Assembly: GCA_005884005.1 (NCBI GenBank)
Contig: VAWI01000014.1
Span: 6,649-70,648 of the forward strand
Direction of reading: 5' to 3'
From: Actinomycetota bacterium
GTDB taxonomy: Bacteria; Actinomycetota; Thermoleophilia; Gaiellales; Gaiellaceae
Length of the DNA stretch: 64,000 nt
The notes under the pieces were generated by a model that was not told where the DNA came from, did no database searches, and worked only from the letters and a program-made list of their open reading frames with translations. The position numbers and the translations under genes were made by a program. Position 1 is the stretch's first letter; each line of letters starts with the position of its first letter. Below, in pieces: positions 53,508-63,192 of the stretch.

Positions 53508-53899
53508 GCCGAGACGCCGCGGGATGCGGACACTGCGCCGGCCGCGCCCCGGCTGAGAGACGAAGTCGCTCAGCGCGCGCGGTCCAGGGCGAATTCGTGC
53601 ACGTCGCGGCCGCGGCGGCGCACTACCTGATGATCGTTATGTCCGGTCGAGACGAGTGCCATCGCCGTTCGTAGGGCTAAGGATGCCCGCTTCATGCAGT
53701 CGTTGCCACGTGTTCGCGTCGGAGGCAGCGGGTGCTTGCGCGCCAAGACGGTCCTCCCGGCCTCCTCCCCGAGGCGAGCGTAATCGAAGGGATGTGCCGT
53801 CGCCAGTGTCCTGTGTGACGAAACGGCTGCAAATGGGGAGCTTTTCCCGCAGCGGGGTCTGCGCTGGCGGCTGAGCCCGTTGGTAGACTCGCCGCGCAG

Positions 53900-55348
53900 A
53901 TGAACCTGGAGCGCGTCATCGCAGCGCTCGCCCCTACGGACGTCGTGCAGCGCGCTCCGGTCGAGATCTCCGACCTCGCCTACGACACGCGCGCCACGGG
54001 GCCTGGAGCGCTCTTCTTCTGTGTCCCGGGCGAGCGGCACGACGGCCATTCATTCGCCCGGGACGCCGTGCACCGCGGGGCGGTCGCGCTCGTGGTCGAG
54101 CGGGTGCTCGAGCTCGACGTCGCACAGCTGGTCGTGCCGGATGCCAGGCGGGCGATGGCTCGGGCCGCAGTCGTCTTCTTCGGGGACCCGACCACGCGCC
54201 TCGAGGTCGCCGGCGTGACCGGCACCAACGGCAAGACGACGACCACGTTCCTCCTCCATTCGATTCTCGCCGCGGCCGGACGCCAACCAGGCTTGCTCGG
54301 CACGATCGAGAGCCGCATCGGAGGCGAGCGCCGGCCGGCGATTCGCACGACACCCGAGGCGATCGATCTCCAGCGCGCCTTCCACGAGATGCTGGACGCC
54401 GACGATCGCAGCTGCGCGCTGGAGGCGACCTCGCACGGCTCCGAGCTTGGGCGGCTCGACGGTGTCCGCTTCGCCGCGCTCGCGTTCACCAACCTCGGCC
54501 AGGACCACCTCGATTTCCACGGGACCTTCGAGCGCTACTTCGCCGCGAAGCGCCGGCTCTTCGTCGAGGGTGAGCGGCCTCCGGCCGCCGTCAACGTCGG
54601 CGACGAGCACGGCCGCCGGCTCGCAGAGGAGCTGCGCGCGCTCGGGCACGAGCGGCTCCTGACCTTCGGGTTCGTCGACGAGGCCGACATCCGGCCCGAG
54701 CAGCTCGAGCTCGACGGGAGCGGCGCGCGGCTGCGGGCCGGCGGAATCGAGCTGCGGACAAGGCTGCGCGGCCGCTTCAATGTCGAAAACGTGCTCGCGG
54801 CCGTCGCTGTCGCGCGGTTGCTCGGAGTCGCGAACGACGAGATCGCAGCAGGGGTCGAGGCGCTCGAGGGGGTCCCCGGCCGGTTCGAGGCGGTCGAAGC
54901 AGGCCAGCCGTTCGCGGTCATCGTCGATTACTCGCACAAGCCGGACGCCCTCGAGAACGTCCTTCGTACCGCCCATGAGCTCGCACGCAATCGGGTTATC
55001 TGCGTCTTCGGTTGCGGCGGCGACCGGGACCGGGCCAAACGGCCGCTGATGGGAAAGATCGCGAGCGACCTCGCCGACGTCGCGATCGTCACCTCGGACA
55101 ATCCTCGCAGTGAGGATCCCGACGCGATCATCGCCGAGGTGCTGGCGGGAGCGGGCACCGGTCTCGAGGTCGAATCGAACCGAGCTACGGCGATCGAGCG
55201 AGCGATAGGCATCGCACACGAGGGAGACGTCGTCGTCATCGCCGGCAAGGGCCACGAGCAGGGCCAGGAGTTCGCCGACCGGACGGTCCCGTTCGACGAC
55301 CGGGAGATCGCACGTGAAGCGCTCCGCCGGCTCGGAGCTGCGTTGTGA
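53900..55348 (+). CDS. murE: UDP-N-acetylmuramoyl-L-alanyl-D-glutamate--2,6-diaminopimelate ligase
   Basis: The P-loop VTGTNGKTTT and the DNPR motif (TSDNPRSEDP) typical of meso-DAP-adding enzymes. Confidence 0.95.
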   Translation: MNLERVIAALAPTDVVQRAPVEISDLAYDTRATGPGALFFCVPGERHDGHSFARDAVHRGAVALVVERVLELDVAQLVVPDARRAMARAAVVFFGDPTTRLEVAGVTGTNGKTTTTFLLHSILAAAGRQPGLLGTIESRIGGERRPAIRTTPEAIDLQRAFHEMLDADDRSCALEATSHGSELGRLDGVRFAALAFTNLGQDHLDFHGTFERYFAAKRRLFVEGERPPAAVNVGDEHGRRLAEELRALGHERLLTFGFVDEADIRPEQLELDGSGARLRAGGIELRTRLRGRFNVENVLAAVAVARLLGVANDEIAAGVEALEGVPGRFEAVEAGQPFAVIVDYSHKPDALENVLRTAHELARNRVICVFGCGGDRDRAKRPLMGKIASDLADVAIVTSDNPRSEDPDAIIAEVLAGAGTGLEVESNRATAIERAIGIAHEGDVVVIAGKGHEQGQEFADRTVPFDDREIAREALRRLGAAL

Positions 55349-56583
55349 TCCCGCTCGCGCTCGACGAGCTCGCGGCGCTGGCGCCCGGCCGGCTCGACCG
55401 TGCTCCCTGGGCCTCCGAAGTGACGGGCGTCCAGGTCGATTCCCGCCGGATCGCAGAGGGGGACCTCTTCGTCGCGGTCGGTCGTGGGGCCGATTTCCGC
55501 AAGCACGCCTTCGCGCGGGGCGCGGCGGCGACGCTCGTCCCAGACGACGCGTTTTCCACGCTCGGGGCGATCGGCCGCGCCGTCCGTGACCGCGCCTCAG
55601 CACGGGTGGTCGGGATCACGGGCTCGATGGGCAAGACCTCGACCAAGGACCTGCTCGCCGCTCTTTGCGCACCTTCGGCGAGTACGATCGCCAACGAGGG
55701 GAGCTTCAACAACGAGATCGGCGTCCCGTTGACGCTGTGCCGTCTGGAGCCCGACAGCGAGGTCTGCATTCTCGAGCTCGCGATGCGGGGACTTGGCCAG
55801 ATCGCCGAGCTCTGCGAGATCGCTCGGCCCGAGATCGGTGTCGTCACCAATGTCGGGCCGGTTCACCTCGAGCTCGTCGAGTCGCTCGACGGCGTCATTC
55901 GCGCGAAGAGCGAGCTCATTGCCGCGCTGCCGCCCGGCGGCGTCGCGATCGTGCCCGAGGATTTCCCGGTTGAGCGCGAAGACATCCGCGTGATCAGGCT
56001 GGGCGAGCCGGCAGCGGAGGTGAGCGACGGCCGCACTTCGGTTGGCGGTGTGAGCTTCAACTTCGTCGCCGAGCACCAGGCGGAGAACGCGGCGGCCGCG
56101 CTGGCGGCGCTGGGTGCGCTCGGTTTGCCGCGGCCGGAGCACGTCGACGTTGATTTCTCCCGCTGGCGCGGGGAGGAGCGTGAGCTTCCCGGAGGCGGCT
56201 TGCTGATCAACGACGCCTACAACGCGAATCCGGTCTCGATGCGAGCCGCGCTGGCCTACCTCGGCGCGCGCGCGGGAGATCGTCGCCGCGTCGCGATTCT
56301 GGGGGACATGGCTGAGCTCGGCCGCACGGCCCCTGCGTACCACCGGGAGGTCGGCGAGGCGGCTGCGGAGCTCGAGGTCGATGAGCTCCTTGCCGTGGGA
56401 GAGCTCGCACGCGGCTACGTCGACGGAGCCGCGGGGGTTCCCTCGCGCTGGACTCCGAACGTCCACGAGGCCTTGCGTCAGCTCGACGAGCTCGTCCGGC
56501 CCGGCGACGCCGTGCTCGTGAAAGGTTCGCGGACGATGGGGCTCGAGGCGGTAGCGGAAGCACTGGCGGCGGTGAAGGCCTAA
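55345..56583 (+). CDS. murF: UDP-N-acetylmuramoyl-tripeptide--D-alanyl-D-alanine ligase
   Basis: ITGSMGKTSTKD, NDAYNANP and the Mur ligase layout. 4-nt overlap with murE. Confidence 0.95.
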   Translation: MIPLALDELAALAPGRLDRAPWASEVTGVQVDSRRIAEGDLFVAVGRGADFRKHAFARGAAATLVPDDAFSTLGAIGRAVRDRASARVVGITGSMGKTSTKDLLAALCAPSASTIANEGSFNNEIGVPLTLCRLEPDSEVCILELAMRGLGQIAELCEIARPEIGVVTNVGPVHLELVESLDGVIRAKSELIAALPPGGVAIVPEDFPVEREDIRVIRLGEPAAEVSDGRTSVGGVSFNFVAEHQAENAAAALAALGALGLPRPEHVDVDFSRWRGEERELPGGGLLINDAYNANPVSMRAALAYLGARAGDRRRVAILGDMAELGRTAPAYHREVGEAAAELEVDELLAVGELARGYVDGAAGVPSRWTPNVHEALRQLDELVRPGDAVLVKGSRTMGLEAVAEALAAVKA

Positions 56584-56584
56584 C

Positions 56585-57589
56585 TTGGTCCGCGTCCTGA
56601 TCGCGGGTCTCGCCGCGATGCTGATCTCGATTCTCGTCGGGCCGCGCTTCATCGCCTTCCTGCGCCGCAGGGAGTACGGGCAGACGATCCGCGAGGAGGG
56701 GCCCGAGCACCATGTGACCAAGCAGGGCACGCCGATCATGGGGGGCTTGCTGATGCTGGGCGCCGCGACGGCCGCGTACCTCGCGGTCGCGCGCTACACG
56801 GTTCCGGCGCTGACCGTGTTTTTCGTGACGCTCGCCTGCGGCGCAATCGGGTTCATCGACGATTTCATCAAGCTGACCCACCGCCGTTCCCTTGGCCTGA
56901 ACGCCCGCTGGAAGCTGCTCCTGTTGGGGGCGATCACGGTCGGCGTCGGCATCGCCGCGCGGCACCAGCACCTACCCACGAACGTCTACGTCCCCGGGCT
57001 GGGGCACCTCGAGCTCTCGTGGGCGTGGTACGGGCTGCTTTTCCTCGTCATCGCGGGGGCGGCGAACGGAGTCAATCTCACCGACGGCCTCGACGGGCTC
57101 GCCGCCGGGACCGGGATCATCGCGCTCTTCACCTACAGCGCGATCAACGTGATTGCGTGGATCCGCTCGGGTCCGCCCGGCCACCGCTTCGAGACGAAGC
57201 TCGACCTCGCCATCGTCGGCGCGGCCCTGATCGGAGGGCTGATCGGCTTCCTCTGGTACAACGCGTTCCCGGCGGAGGTCTTCATGGGCGATACGGGCTC
57301 GATGGCGATCGGCGGCGCGCTGGCGGCCTTCGCGATCATGACGAAGACGATCTTCCTGCTGCTCCTGGTCGGCGGCATCTTCGCGATCGAGGCGCTCTCG
57401 GTGATCCTGCAGGTCTTCTCGTTCCGCTACTGGGGGCGGCGGATCTTCCTGATGACGCCGATCCACCACCACTTCGAGATGAAAGCCTGGTCGGAGACGA
57501 AGATCATGGTCCGGTTCTGGATCGTCACCGGCCTGCTCTGCGCGGCGGCGTTCGCCTTGTACTATCGCTACTTCCGCGGGTTCCGCTGA
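56585..57589 (+). CDS. mraY: phospho-N-acetylmuramoyl-pentapeptide transferase
   Basis: Ten TM helices, NLTDGLDGLA and FMGDTGS. TTG start. Confidence 0.95.
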   Translation: MVRVLIAGLAAMLISILVGPRFIAFLRRREYGQTIREEGPEHHVTKQGTPIMGGLLMLGAATAAYLAVARYTVPALTVFFVTLACGAIGFIDDFIKLTHRRSLGLNARWKLLLLGAITVGVGIAARHQHLPTNVYVPGLGHLELSWAWYGLLFLVIAGAANGVNLTDGLDGLAAGTGIIALFTYSAINVIAWIRSGPPGHRFETKLDLAIVGAALIGGLIGFLWYNAFPAEVFMGDTGSMAIGGALAAFAIMTKTIFLLLLVGGIFAIEALSVILQVFSFRYWGRRIFLMTPIHHHFEMKAWSETKIMVRFWIVTGLLCAAAFALYYRYFRGFR

Positions 57590-57591
57590 AC

Positions 57592-58773
57592 GTGCTGCCG
57601 GAACGCGTGCTCGTGCTCGGGCTCGCGCGCTCCGGGCTTGCGGCGGCTGCGGCCCTCGAGCGTCGGGGCGTCGAGGTCGTCCGCGCAGACCGGGAGCTCG
57701 GAAACGACGACGAGCTCGCCCTGCTCGACGGCGTCGGGCTTCTGGTCAAGAGCCCTGGCGTGCCGGGAAGCGCTTCGTTGGTCGCGGCTGCGCGCGAGCG
57801 CGGCGTTCAGGTCTGGAGCGAGATCGAGCTCGCCGCGCGGCTGCTGCCGAATCCGATTCTCGGTGTCACGGGCACGAACGGGAAGACGACGACGGCGCAA
57901 TGGCTGGGGTTCATGCTCGGTGCGCCGGTGGCCGGAAACGTCGGCCTGGCGCTCTCCGAGCTCGACGGCAGTGCCGAGCCGGAGCAGCTCGTCGTCGTCG
58001 AGCTCTCCTCCTTTCAGCTCGAGGACGTCCACCGGTTCCGTCCACGCATCGCGGTGTTGCTGAATCTCGAGCCTGATCACCTCGACCGGCACGGCTCATT
58101 CGAGGCCTACCGGGCGGCGAAGCTGCGCGCGTTCGAAAACCAGACCGAGGACGACAGCGCGATCGTCCCCCGCGGGTTCGGCGAGGTTCCGGGACGAGCG
58201 GCCCGCGTCGAATTCGGCGCCGACGACGAGTTGCCGGTCGAGCCCTCGCTTCGGGGCATCCATAACCGCGAGAATGCAGCCGCGGCGACGGCCGCCGCTC
58301 GCGCGGCCGGCGCGACCGAGGAGCAGATCGAGCGCGGTCTGCGCGAGTTCAAGGGTGTCGCGCACCGGCTCGAGCTCGTCGGCGAGCGCGACCGCGTCCG
58401 CTACGTCAACGATTCGAAGGCGACGAACGTGGCCGCGACCCTGCGCGCGCTCGCGGCGTACGACGACGAGCCCGTCCGCCTGATCCTCGGCGGCTCGCGA
58501 AAGGGCGAGGATCTCGCGCCGCTCGCGGCGGCGCTCGGCCCGAACGTCCGCGCCGTCTACGTGATCGGCGAGACCGCCGACGAACTGGCGCGGGCAATCC
58601 CGGACACGATCCGGTCGGGAGATCTTGCCACCGCCGTCGACCGTGCGGCCGCCGCGGCCCAGCCCGGGGAGGTCGTGTTGCTCTCGCCGGCCTGCGCGAG
58701 CTACGACCAGTTCCGCGACTTCGAAGAGCGCGGCGAGGAGTTCAAGCGGCTGGTGGCGAACCTGCCCATGTGA
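57592..58773 (+). CDS. murD: UDP-N-acetylmuramoylalanine--D-glutamate ligase
   Basis: GTG 57592 (VLPERVLVLGLARSG) and GVTGTNGKTTT. The upstream part of the track ORF overlaps mraY in another frame. Confidence 0.9.
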   Translation: MLPERVLVLGLARSGLAAAAALERRGVEVVRADRELGNDDELALLDGVGLLVKSPGVPGSASLVAAARERGVQVWSEIELAARLLPNPILGVTGTNGKTTTAQWLGFMLGAPVAGNVGLALSELDGSAEPEQLVVVELSSFQLEDVHRFRPRIAVLLNLEPDHLDRHGSFEAYRAAKLRAFENQTEDDSAIVPRGFGEVPGRAARVEFGADDELPVEPSLRGIHNRENAAAATAAARAAGATEEQIERGLREFKGVAHRLELVGERDRVRYVNDSKATNVAATLRALAAYDDEPVRLILGGSRKGEDLAPLAAALGPNVRAVYVIGETADELARAIPDTIRSGDLATAVDRAAAAAQPGEVVLLSPACASYDQFRDFEERGEEFKRLVANLPM

Positions 58774-60005
58774 CGAAAGGGCAGTTCGAGGCCAGGCTGC
58801 TGCTGCTGGTCAGCTTCGGGCTGGTCGCGTTCGGCCTGGTGATGGTGTACAGCGCGACGTCAGCTTCGGCGGCGCTGGAGAACGGCGACCCGGCCTATTA
58901 CGTCAAGCGGCAGGCGATCTACGCCGCGCTGGGGCTGGTGCTGATGTTCGTGTTCGCGCGCTTTCGTTTCCAGGCTCTGCGCAAGCTGGCGCCCGTGCTC
59001 GTGACGACCAGCCTCGGGCTGCTCACGGCGGTGCTGGTGCTGGGCTCGACGGTCAACGGCGCACGCCGCTGGCTCACCTTCGGCCCTGCCGCCTTTCAGC
59101 CGTCCGAGCTGGCGAAGCTCGCGCTTGCCGTCTGGGCCGCCGCCTATCTCGCCCGGCGCCGCCCCCCATCCACGCTGAAGGAATTGTGGCGACCGATCGG
59201 CGCGCTCTCCTGCGTGTTCGCCGGGTTGTTGATGCTCGAGCCGGACCTCGGGACGACGATCGCGATCTTCGTGATGCTCGCCGGGATGCTGCTCGTCGCC
59301 GGGACGCCGGTCCGCGTCCTCGGTGCGGGACTCTCGATTGCGATGGCGCTGGGGGTGGCCGCGATCTGGTTCGAGCCCTACCGGCGCGCCCGGATCTTCA
59401 GCTTCGTCAACCCGTGGCACGATGCACAGGGCGCCGGCTTTCAGATCGTCCAGGCGATGATCGGCCTCGGCTCCGGCGGCATCTTCGGCCGCGGTCTGGG
59501 CCAAAGCATCGAGAAGGCAAACTTCCTGCCCGAGGCCCACACGGACATGATCTTCGCGATCATCGGCGAGGAGCTAGGGCTCGTGGGCGCGACGGCCTTG
59601 ATCGCCGCGTACGCCACGTTTGCCTACGCCGGGCTCCGGATCGCGCTGCGCTGTCGCGATCCGTTCGGCAAGGCGCTCGCGACCGGCGTGACGGTGCTCG
59701 TCTGTGGCCAGGCGGCGATCAACATCGCCGCCGTGATGGGGCTCGCGCCACTGACCGGAATTCCCCTGCCGTTTGTCTCCTACGGCGGCTCGAGCCTGAT
59801 CGTCGCGCTCGCCGGGGTCGGCATCCTCCTTAACATCGCGGTCGGTCATGGCGGAGAAGCCCGAGCTCAAGTGCGTGATCGCGGCCGGGGGAACGGCGGG
59901 GCACGTGCTGCCGGCGCTCGCCGTCGCCGAGGAGCTGCAAAAGCGAGGCGTCCGAGTGAGCTTCGCCGGGTCGCCGGATCGCGTCGAGGCGCGACTCGTT
60001 CCTGA
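58770..60005 (+). CDS. ftsW: SEDS-family peptidoglycan polymerase / cell division protein FtsW
   Basis: About ten TM helices, PSELAKLAL, and LPFVSYGGSSL. The Arg/Gly-rich tail runs 158 nt into murG. Confidence 0.9.
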   Translation: MTKGQFEARLLLLVSFGLVAFGLVMVYSATSASAALENGDPAYYVKRQAIYAALGLVLMFVFARFRFQALRKLAPVLVTTSLGLLTAVLVLGSTVNGARRWLTFGPAAFQPSELAKLALAVWAAAYLARRRPPSTLKELWRPIGALSCVFAGLLMLEPDLGTTIAIFVMLAGMLLVAGTPVRVLGAGLSIAMALGVAAIWFEPYRRARIFSFVNPWHDAQGAGFQIVQAMIGLGSGGIFGRGLGQSIEKANFLPEAHTDMIFAIIGEELGLVGATALIAAYATFAYAGLRIALRCRDPFGKALATGVTVLVCGQAAINIAAVMGLAPLTGIPLPFVSYGGSSLIVALAGVGILLNIAVGHGGEARAQVRDRGRGNGGARAAGARRRRGAAKARRPSELRRVAGSRRGATRS

Positions 60006-60918
60006 GGCCGGCTACGAGTTCGACCCCTTCCGTAGCGCGGGCCTGCCGCGGCAGGCCGGAGTCGGGCTCGCACACGCCCTGGCGACAGCGGCAGGCGCTC
60101 CGGCCGCTTGCGTGAGGATCCTTCGCCGTCGCCGGCCGAACGTCGTGCTCGGTGCAGGCGGCTACGTCTCGGGCCCGATGGTGCTTGCGGCCGCGCTTCT
60201 AAGGATGCCGCCCGCGCTACTCGAGGCGGACGCTCACTTCGGGCTCGCGAATCGGCTCGCAGCTCCATTTGCGAAGCGGGTCTTTCTCGCGGCACCGATC
60301 CCCGGTCTTGACGGCGCGAAGTACAGCGTCACCGGTCGGCCCGTCCCCCGGCGCTCGCTTGCCGTGGCGGCCGCAGAGGCCCGGCGCACGTTCGAGTTAC
60401 CTGCGGAGGGACCTGTGCTGCTCGTACTCGGAGGCAGCCAGGGCGCGGTCCGGCTGAACGAGCTCGCGGTGGACCGCTGGGGAGCAGGCGGACCCGCCGT
60501 CCTCCATATCTGCGGCGAGCGGGACTATGAAGACCTTCGCGAGCGGGTCTCGCGAGCCGACTATCGTCTCCTCCCGTTCACGGACGAGATCGGTGCCGCC
60601 TACGGTGCGGCCGATCTCGTTCTCGCCCGTGCAGGCGGCTCGGTCTGGGAGCTTGCGGCGGCCGGGCTTCCGGCGGTTCTCGTGCCTTACCCGCATGCGA
60701 CCGCGGATCACCAGACGAAGAACGCGCGTCATCTCGAGGCCGCAGGCGGCGCGGTCCTCGTCCCCGAGGTCGAGCTCGATCGCGCCGCGAAGGTCGTCGA
60801 GGAGCTCTTGCTCGACGCCCCCCGCAGGGACGACATGCGCCGCGCGATGCTCGCGGTCGCTCGTCCGAACGCGGCTGCCGAGATCGCAGAAGCGCTGGTG
60901 GCACTTGCCTCCGCTTGA
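59848..60918 (+). CDS. murG: undecaprenyldiphospho-muramoylpentapeptide beta-N-acetylglucosaminyltransferase
   Basis: AAGGTAGHVLPALAVAEEL at the N-terminus and a C-terminal GT28 block (ARAGGSVWELAAAGLPAVLVPYPHA). Confidence 0.95.
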   Translation: MAEKPELKCVIAAGGTAGHVLPALAVAEELQKRGVRVSFAGSPDRVEARLVPEAGYEFDPFRSAGLPRQAGVGLAHALATAAGAPAACVRILRRRRPNVVLGAGGYVSGPMVLAAALLRMPPALLEADAHFGLANRLAAPFAKRVFLAAPIPGLDGAKYSVTGRPVPRRSLAVAAAEARRTFELPAEGPVLLVLGGSQGAVRLNELAVDRWGAGGPAVLHICGERDYEDLRERVSRADYRLLPFTDEIGAAYGAADLVLARAGGSVWELAAAGLPAVLVPYPHATADHQTKNARHLEAAGGAVLVPEVELDRAAKVVEELLLDAPRRDDMRRAMLAVARPNAAAEIAEALVALASA

Positions 60919-62083
60919 CGGCCGCCGCATCTGGTTCGTCGGCATCGGCGGCGTCGGGCTCTCCGGGTATGCGCTCCTGGCTAGGGCCTGGGGCGCGGAC
61001 GTGGGTGGGTGGGACCGGGTCGAGACCCCGTACCTGGCTGCGCTCGAGGGTGCCCCTGTAGAACTCGCGCCCGACCCCGTCGTGCCCGACGGCTGGGACG
61101 AAGTGGTTGTCTCGACCGCGTATCGCGATCAGGTCGAGGGCAAACCCCGCGCCGAATTCCTCGCCGAGCTGGTCTCGTTGCAGCGTTCGATCGTGGTCGC
61201 CGGCGCGCACGGCAAGACGACGACCGCGGCCATGATCGCCTTCTGCCTCGACCGGCTCGGCGACGGGCCGGCGTTCTTGATCGGCGGCGAGATCCCGCAG
61301 CTCGGCGGGAATGCGCGCGCCGGCACCGGCTGGCTCATCGTCGAAGGCGACGAGTCGGATCGCACGATCGCCGCGCTTCGCCCGGAGATCGCGGTGGTCA
61401 CGAACGTCGATCTCGACCACCACACCGAGTTCGCCTCGCGGTCAGAGGTCGAGTCGCTGTTCGGCGACTGGCTCGCCGCCGCGCCGAAAGCCGTGCGCGG
61501 TGACGAGCTCGACCCGATCGACTTTGAGCTCGCGGTTCCGGGCGACCACAACCGGCAAAACGCTGCGGTCGCGCTGGCTGCGGTGCAGCTTGCCGGCTAC
61601 TCGCGCGAGCAGGCCTCAGGGGTGCTCGCTGATTTTCGCGGCGCGACCCGCCGGCTCGAACCTCGGGGTCAGTCCGGCGGGGTGCACGTCATCGACAGCT
61701 ACGCGCACCATCCTCGGGAGCTCGCCGCCGACATTGCCGCGGCCCGCGACGGAGGTCGGATCCTCGTTCTCTTTCAGCCGCACCTCTTTTCGCGCACGCG
61801 GCACCTTGCCCACGAGTTCGGGGTCGCGCTGGCGGCGGCGGACGTGGTCGCGGTCACCGACATCTACCGCGCGCGCGAGCAGCCTGTCGAGGGCGTGACC
61901 GGGAAGCTGGTCGTGGACGCCCTGGCCGAGACGCGCGCGGGCATGGCTCTCGGTTGGACGCCGAGTGTCGAGGACGGCGCGCGCTTCATCGCCCGACGGG
62001 CACGCTCGGGCGACCGCGTGCTGACGCTCGGTGCGGGCGACGTCGACCGCGCGGCAGCGCTCATCCTCGAGGCGCTCGCTTGA
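60905..62083 (+). CDS. murC: UDP-N-acetylmuramate--L-alanine ligase
   Basis: TTG 60905 is proposed as the start (LPPLDGRRIWFVGIGGVGLSGYA), followed by VAGAHGKTTTAAM. The start is uncertain. Confidence 0.9.
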   Translation: MPPLDGRRIWFVGIGGVGLSGYALLARAWGADVGGWDRVETPYLAALEGAPVELAPDPVVPDGWDEVVVSTAYRDQVEGKPRAEFLAELVSLQRSIVVAGAHGKTTTAAMIAFCLDRLGDGPAFLIGGEIPQLGGNARAGTGWLIVEGDESDRTIAALRPEIAVVTNVDLDHHTEFASRSEVESLFGDWLAAAPKAVRGDELDPIDFELAVPGDHNRQNAAVALAAVQLAGYSREQASGVLADFRGATRRLEPRGQSGGVHVIDSYAHHPRELAADIAAARDGGRILVLFQPHLFSRTRHLAHEFGVALAAADVVAVTDIYRAREQPVEGVTGKLVVDALAETRAGMALGWTPSVEDGARFIARRARSGDRVLTLGAGDVDRAAALILEALA

Positions 62084-62964
62084 AAATCGAGCGGGGGGTC
62101 GCTCTGGGTCGCTACACGACGCTCGGCGCGGGCGGCCAGGCTCGGGCGTTCGCGAGGCCGACGACGGTTGAGGACGTGGAGCGAGCGCTGGCCTGGGCGG
62201 TTGAGCGCAAGCTTCCAATCGTGACGATCGGGCTCGGCTCCAATCTACTCGTCGCCGACGAGGGAGTCGATGCGCTCGTTCTCAAGCTGGGCGGCGAGCT
62301 CATCTCCGCCGAGGTTCGAGCCGACCTGCTGATTGCGGGAGGGGGCGCGCCGAACGCCGTCTGCCTTCACCGGGCGCGTGCGGCCGGCTTGGGGGCGTTC
62401 GAGTTCGCCTGCGCGATCCCCGGCACGGCGGGTGGCGGCGTCCGGATGAACGCGGGTGCCTACGGCAGCGATTGGTCGGAGATTCTCCGACGGGCACTCG
62501 TCGTGGACGAGCGCGGGGCGCGTTGGCTGACTCCGACCGAGCTCGGGCTCTCGTACCGACGATCGGCGCTGGAGCCGGGGCAGGTCGTGGCCCGCGTCGA
62601 GTTCCGGCTCGAGCCCCGTGATCCCGACGAGATCAAGGCGAGGGTGGCCGAGCTTCAGGCGCTGCGCAAGGCCGCGCAGCCGACGAACAAGCGGACTTTC
62701 GGGAGCGTTTTCAAGAACCCCCAGCACGCGCTGACAGCCGGATTGATGCTGGAGGCGTGCGGCTTGAAGGGCCACCGAATCGGGGGAGCGCAGATCTCTC
62801 CGCGCCACGCGAACTTCATCGAGAATGCCGACGGGGCACGGGCCGTCGACGCGGTTGCGCTGATGGCCGAAGCACGGCGCCGGGCGCACGAAGAGTACGG
62901 GGTCGAGCTCGAGCACGAGGTGCAGTTCGTCGGCCCGCTGACGCTTCCGCCCTGTGGCCGGTAA
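62080..62964 (+). CDS. murB: UDP-N-acetylenolpyruvoylglucosamine reductase
   Basis: TTG 62080 forms a TTGA overlap with murC. Blocks TLGAGGQA, GLGSNLLV, GAYG and GSVFKNP. Confidence 0.9.
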   Translation: MKIERGVALGRYTTLGAGGQARAFARPTTVEDVERALAWAVERKLPIVTIGLGSNLLVADEGVDALVLKLGGELISAEVRADLLIAGGGAPNAVCLHRARAAGLGAFEFACAIPGTAGGGVRMNAGAYGSDWSEILRRALVVDERGARWLTPTELGLSYRRSALEPGQVVARVEFRLEPRDPDEIKARVAELQALRKAAQPTNKRTFGSVFKNPQHALTAGLMLEACGLKGHRIGGAQISPRHANFIENADGARAVDAVALMAEARRRAHEEYGVELEHEVQFVGPLTLPPCGR

Positions 62965-63192
62965 CTGGCCCGAAATCGGCGCACTTCGGCCACCGAGACG
63001 TGCGCAAATCCGAGGTAGGCTCGCCTGCAGAGGGAGGTGGGAAGGAGCCCCACCCGAATAGAGGGTGGGGGTACGCGCGCGTGTACCTGGTGACGGTCGC
63101 GTGGTCGGCGGCGCGACGCTCGCCCGGTCCTTCGGGACGACTGGCTGGGCCGGCAGTAGGAGGAGCTCTCGAGGCGGCGAAGGGACTCCCCG

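Noticed and set aside
53570-54049. 159-aa minus-strand ORF covering the murE upstream spacer.
   Set aside because: Its composition is poor (Arg-rich with no hydrophobic core pattern). It runs antisense into the conserved murE N-terminus and has no start context. I treat it as non-coding.
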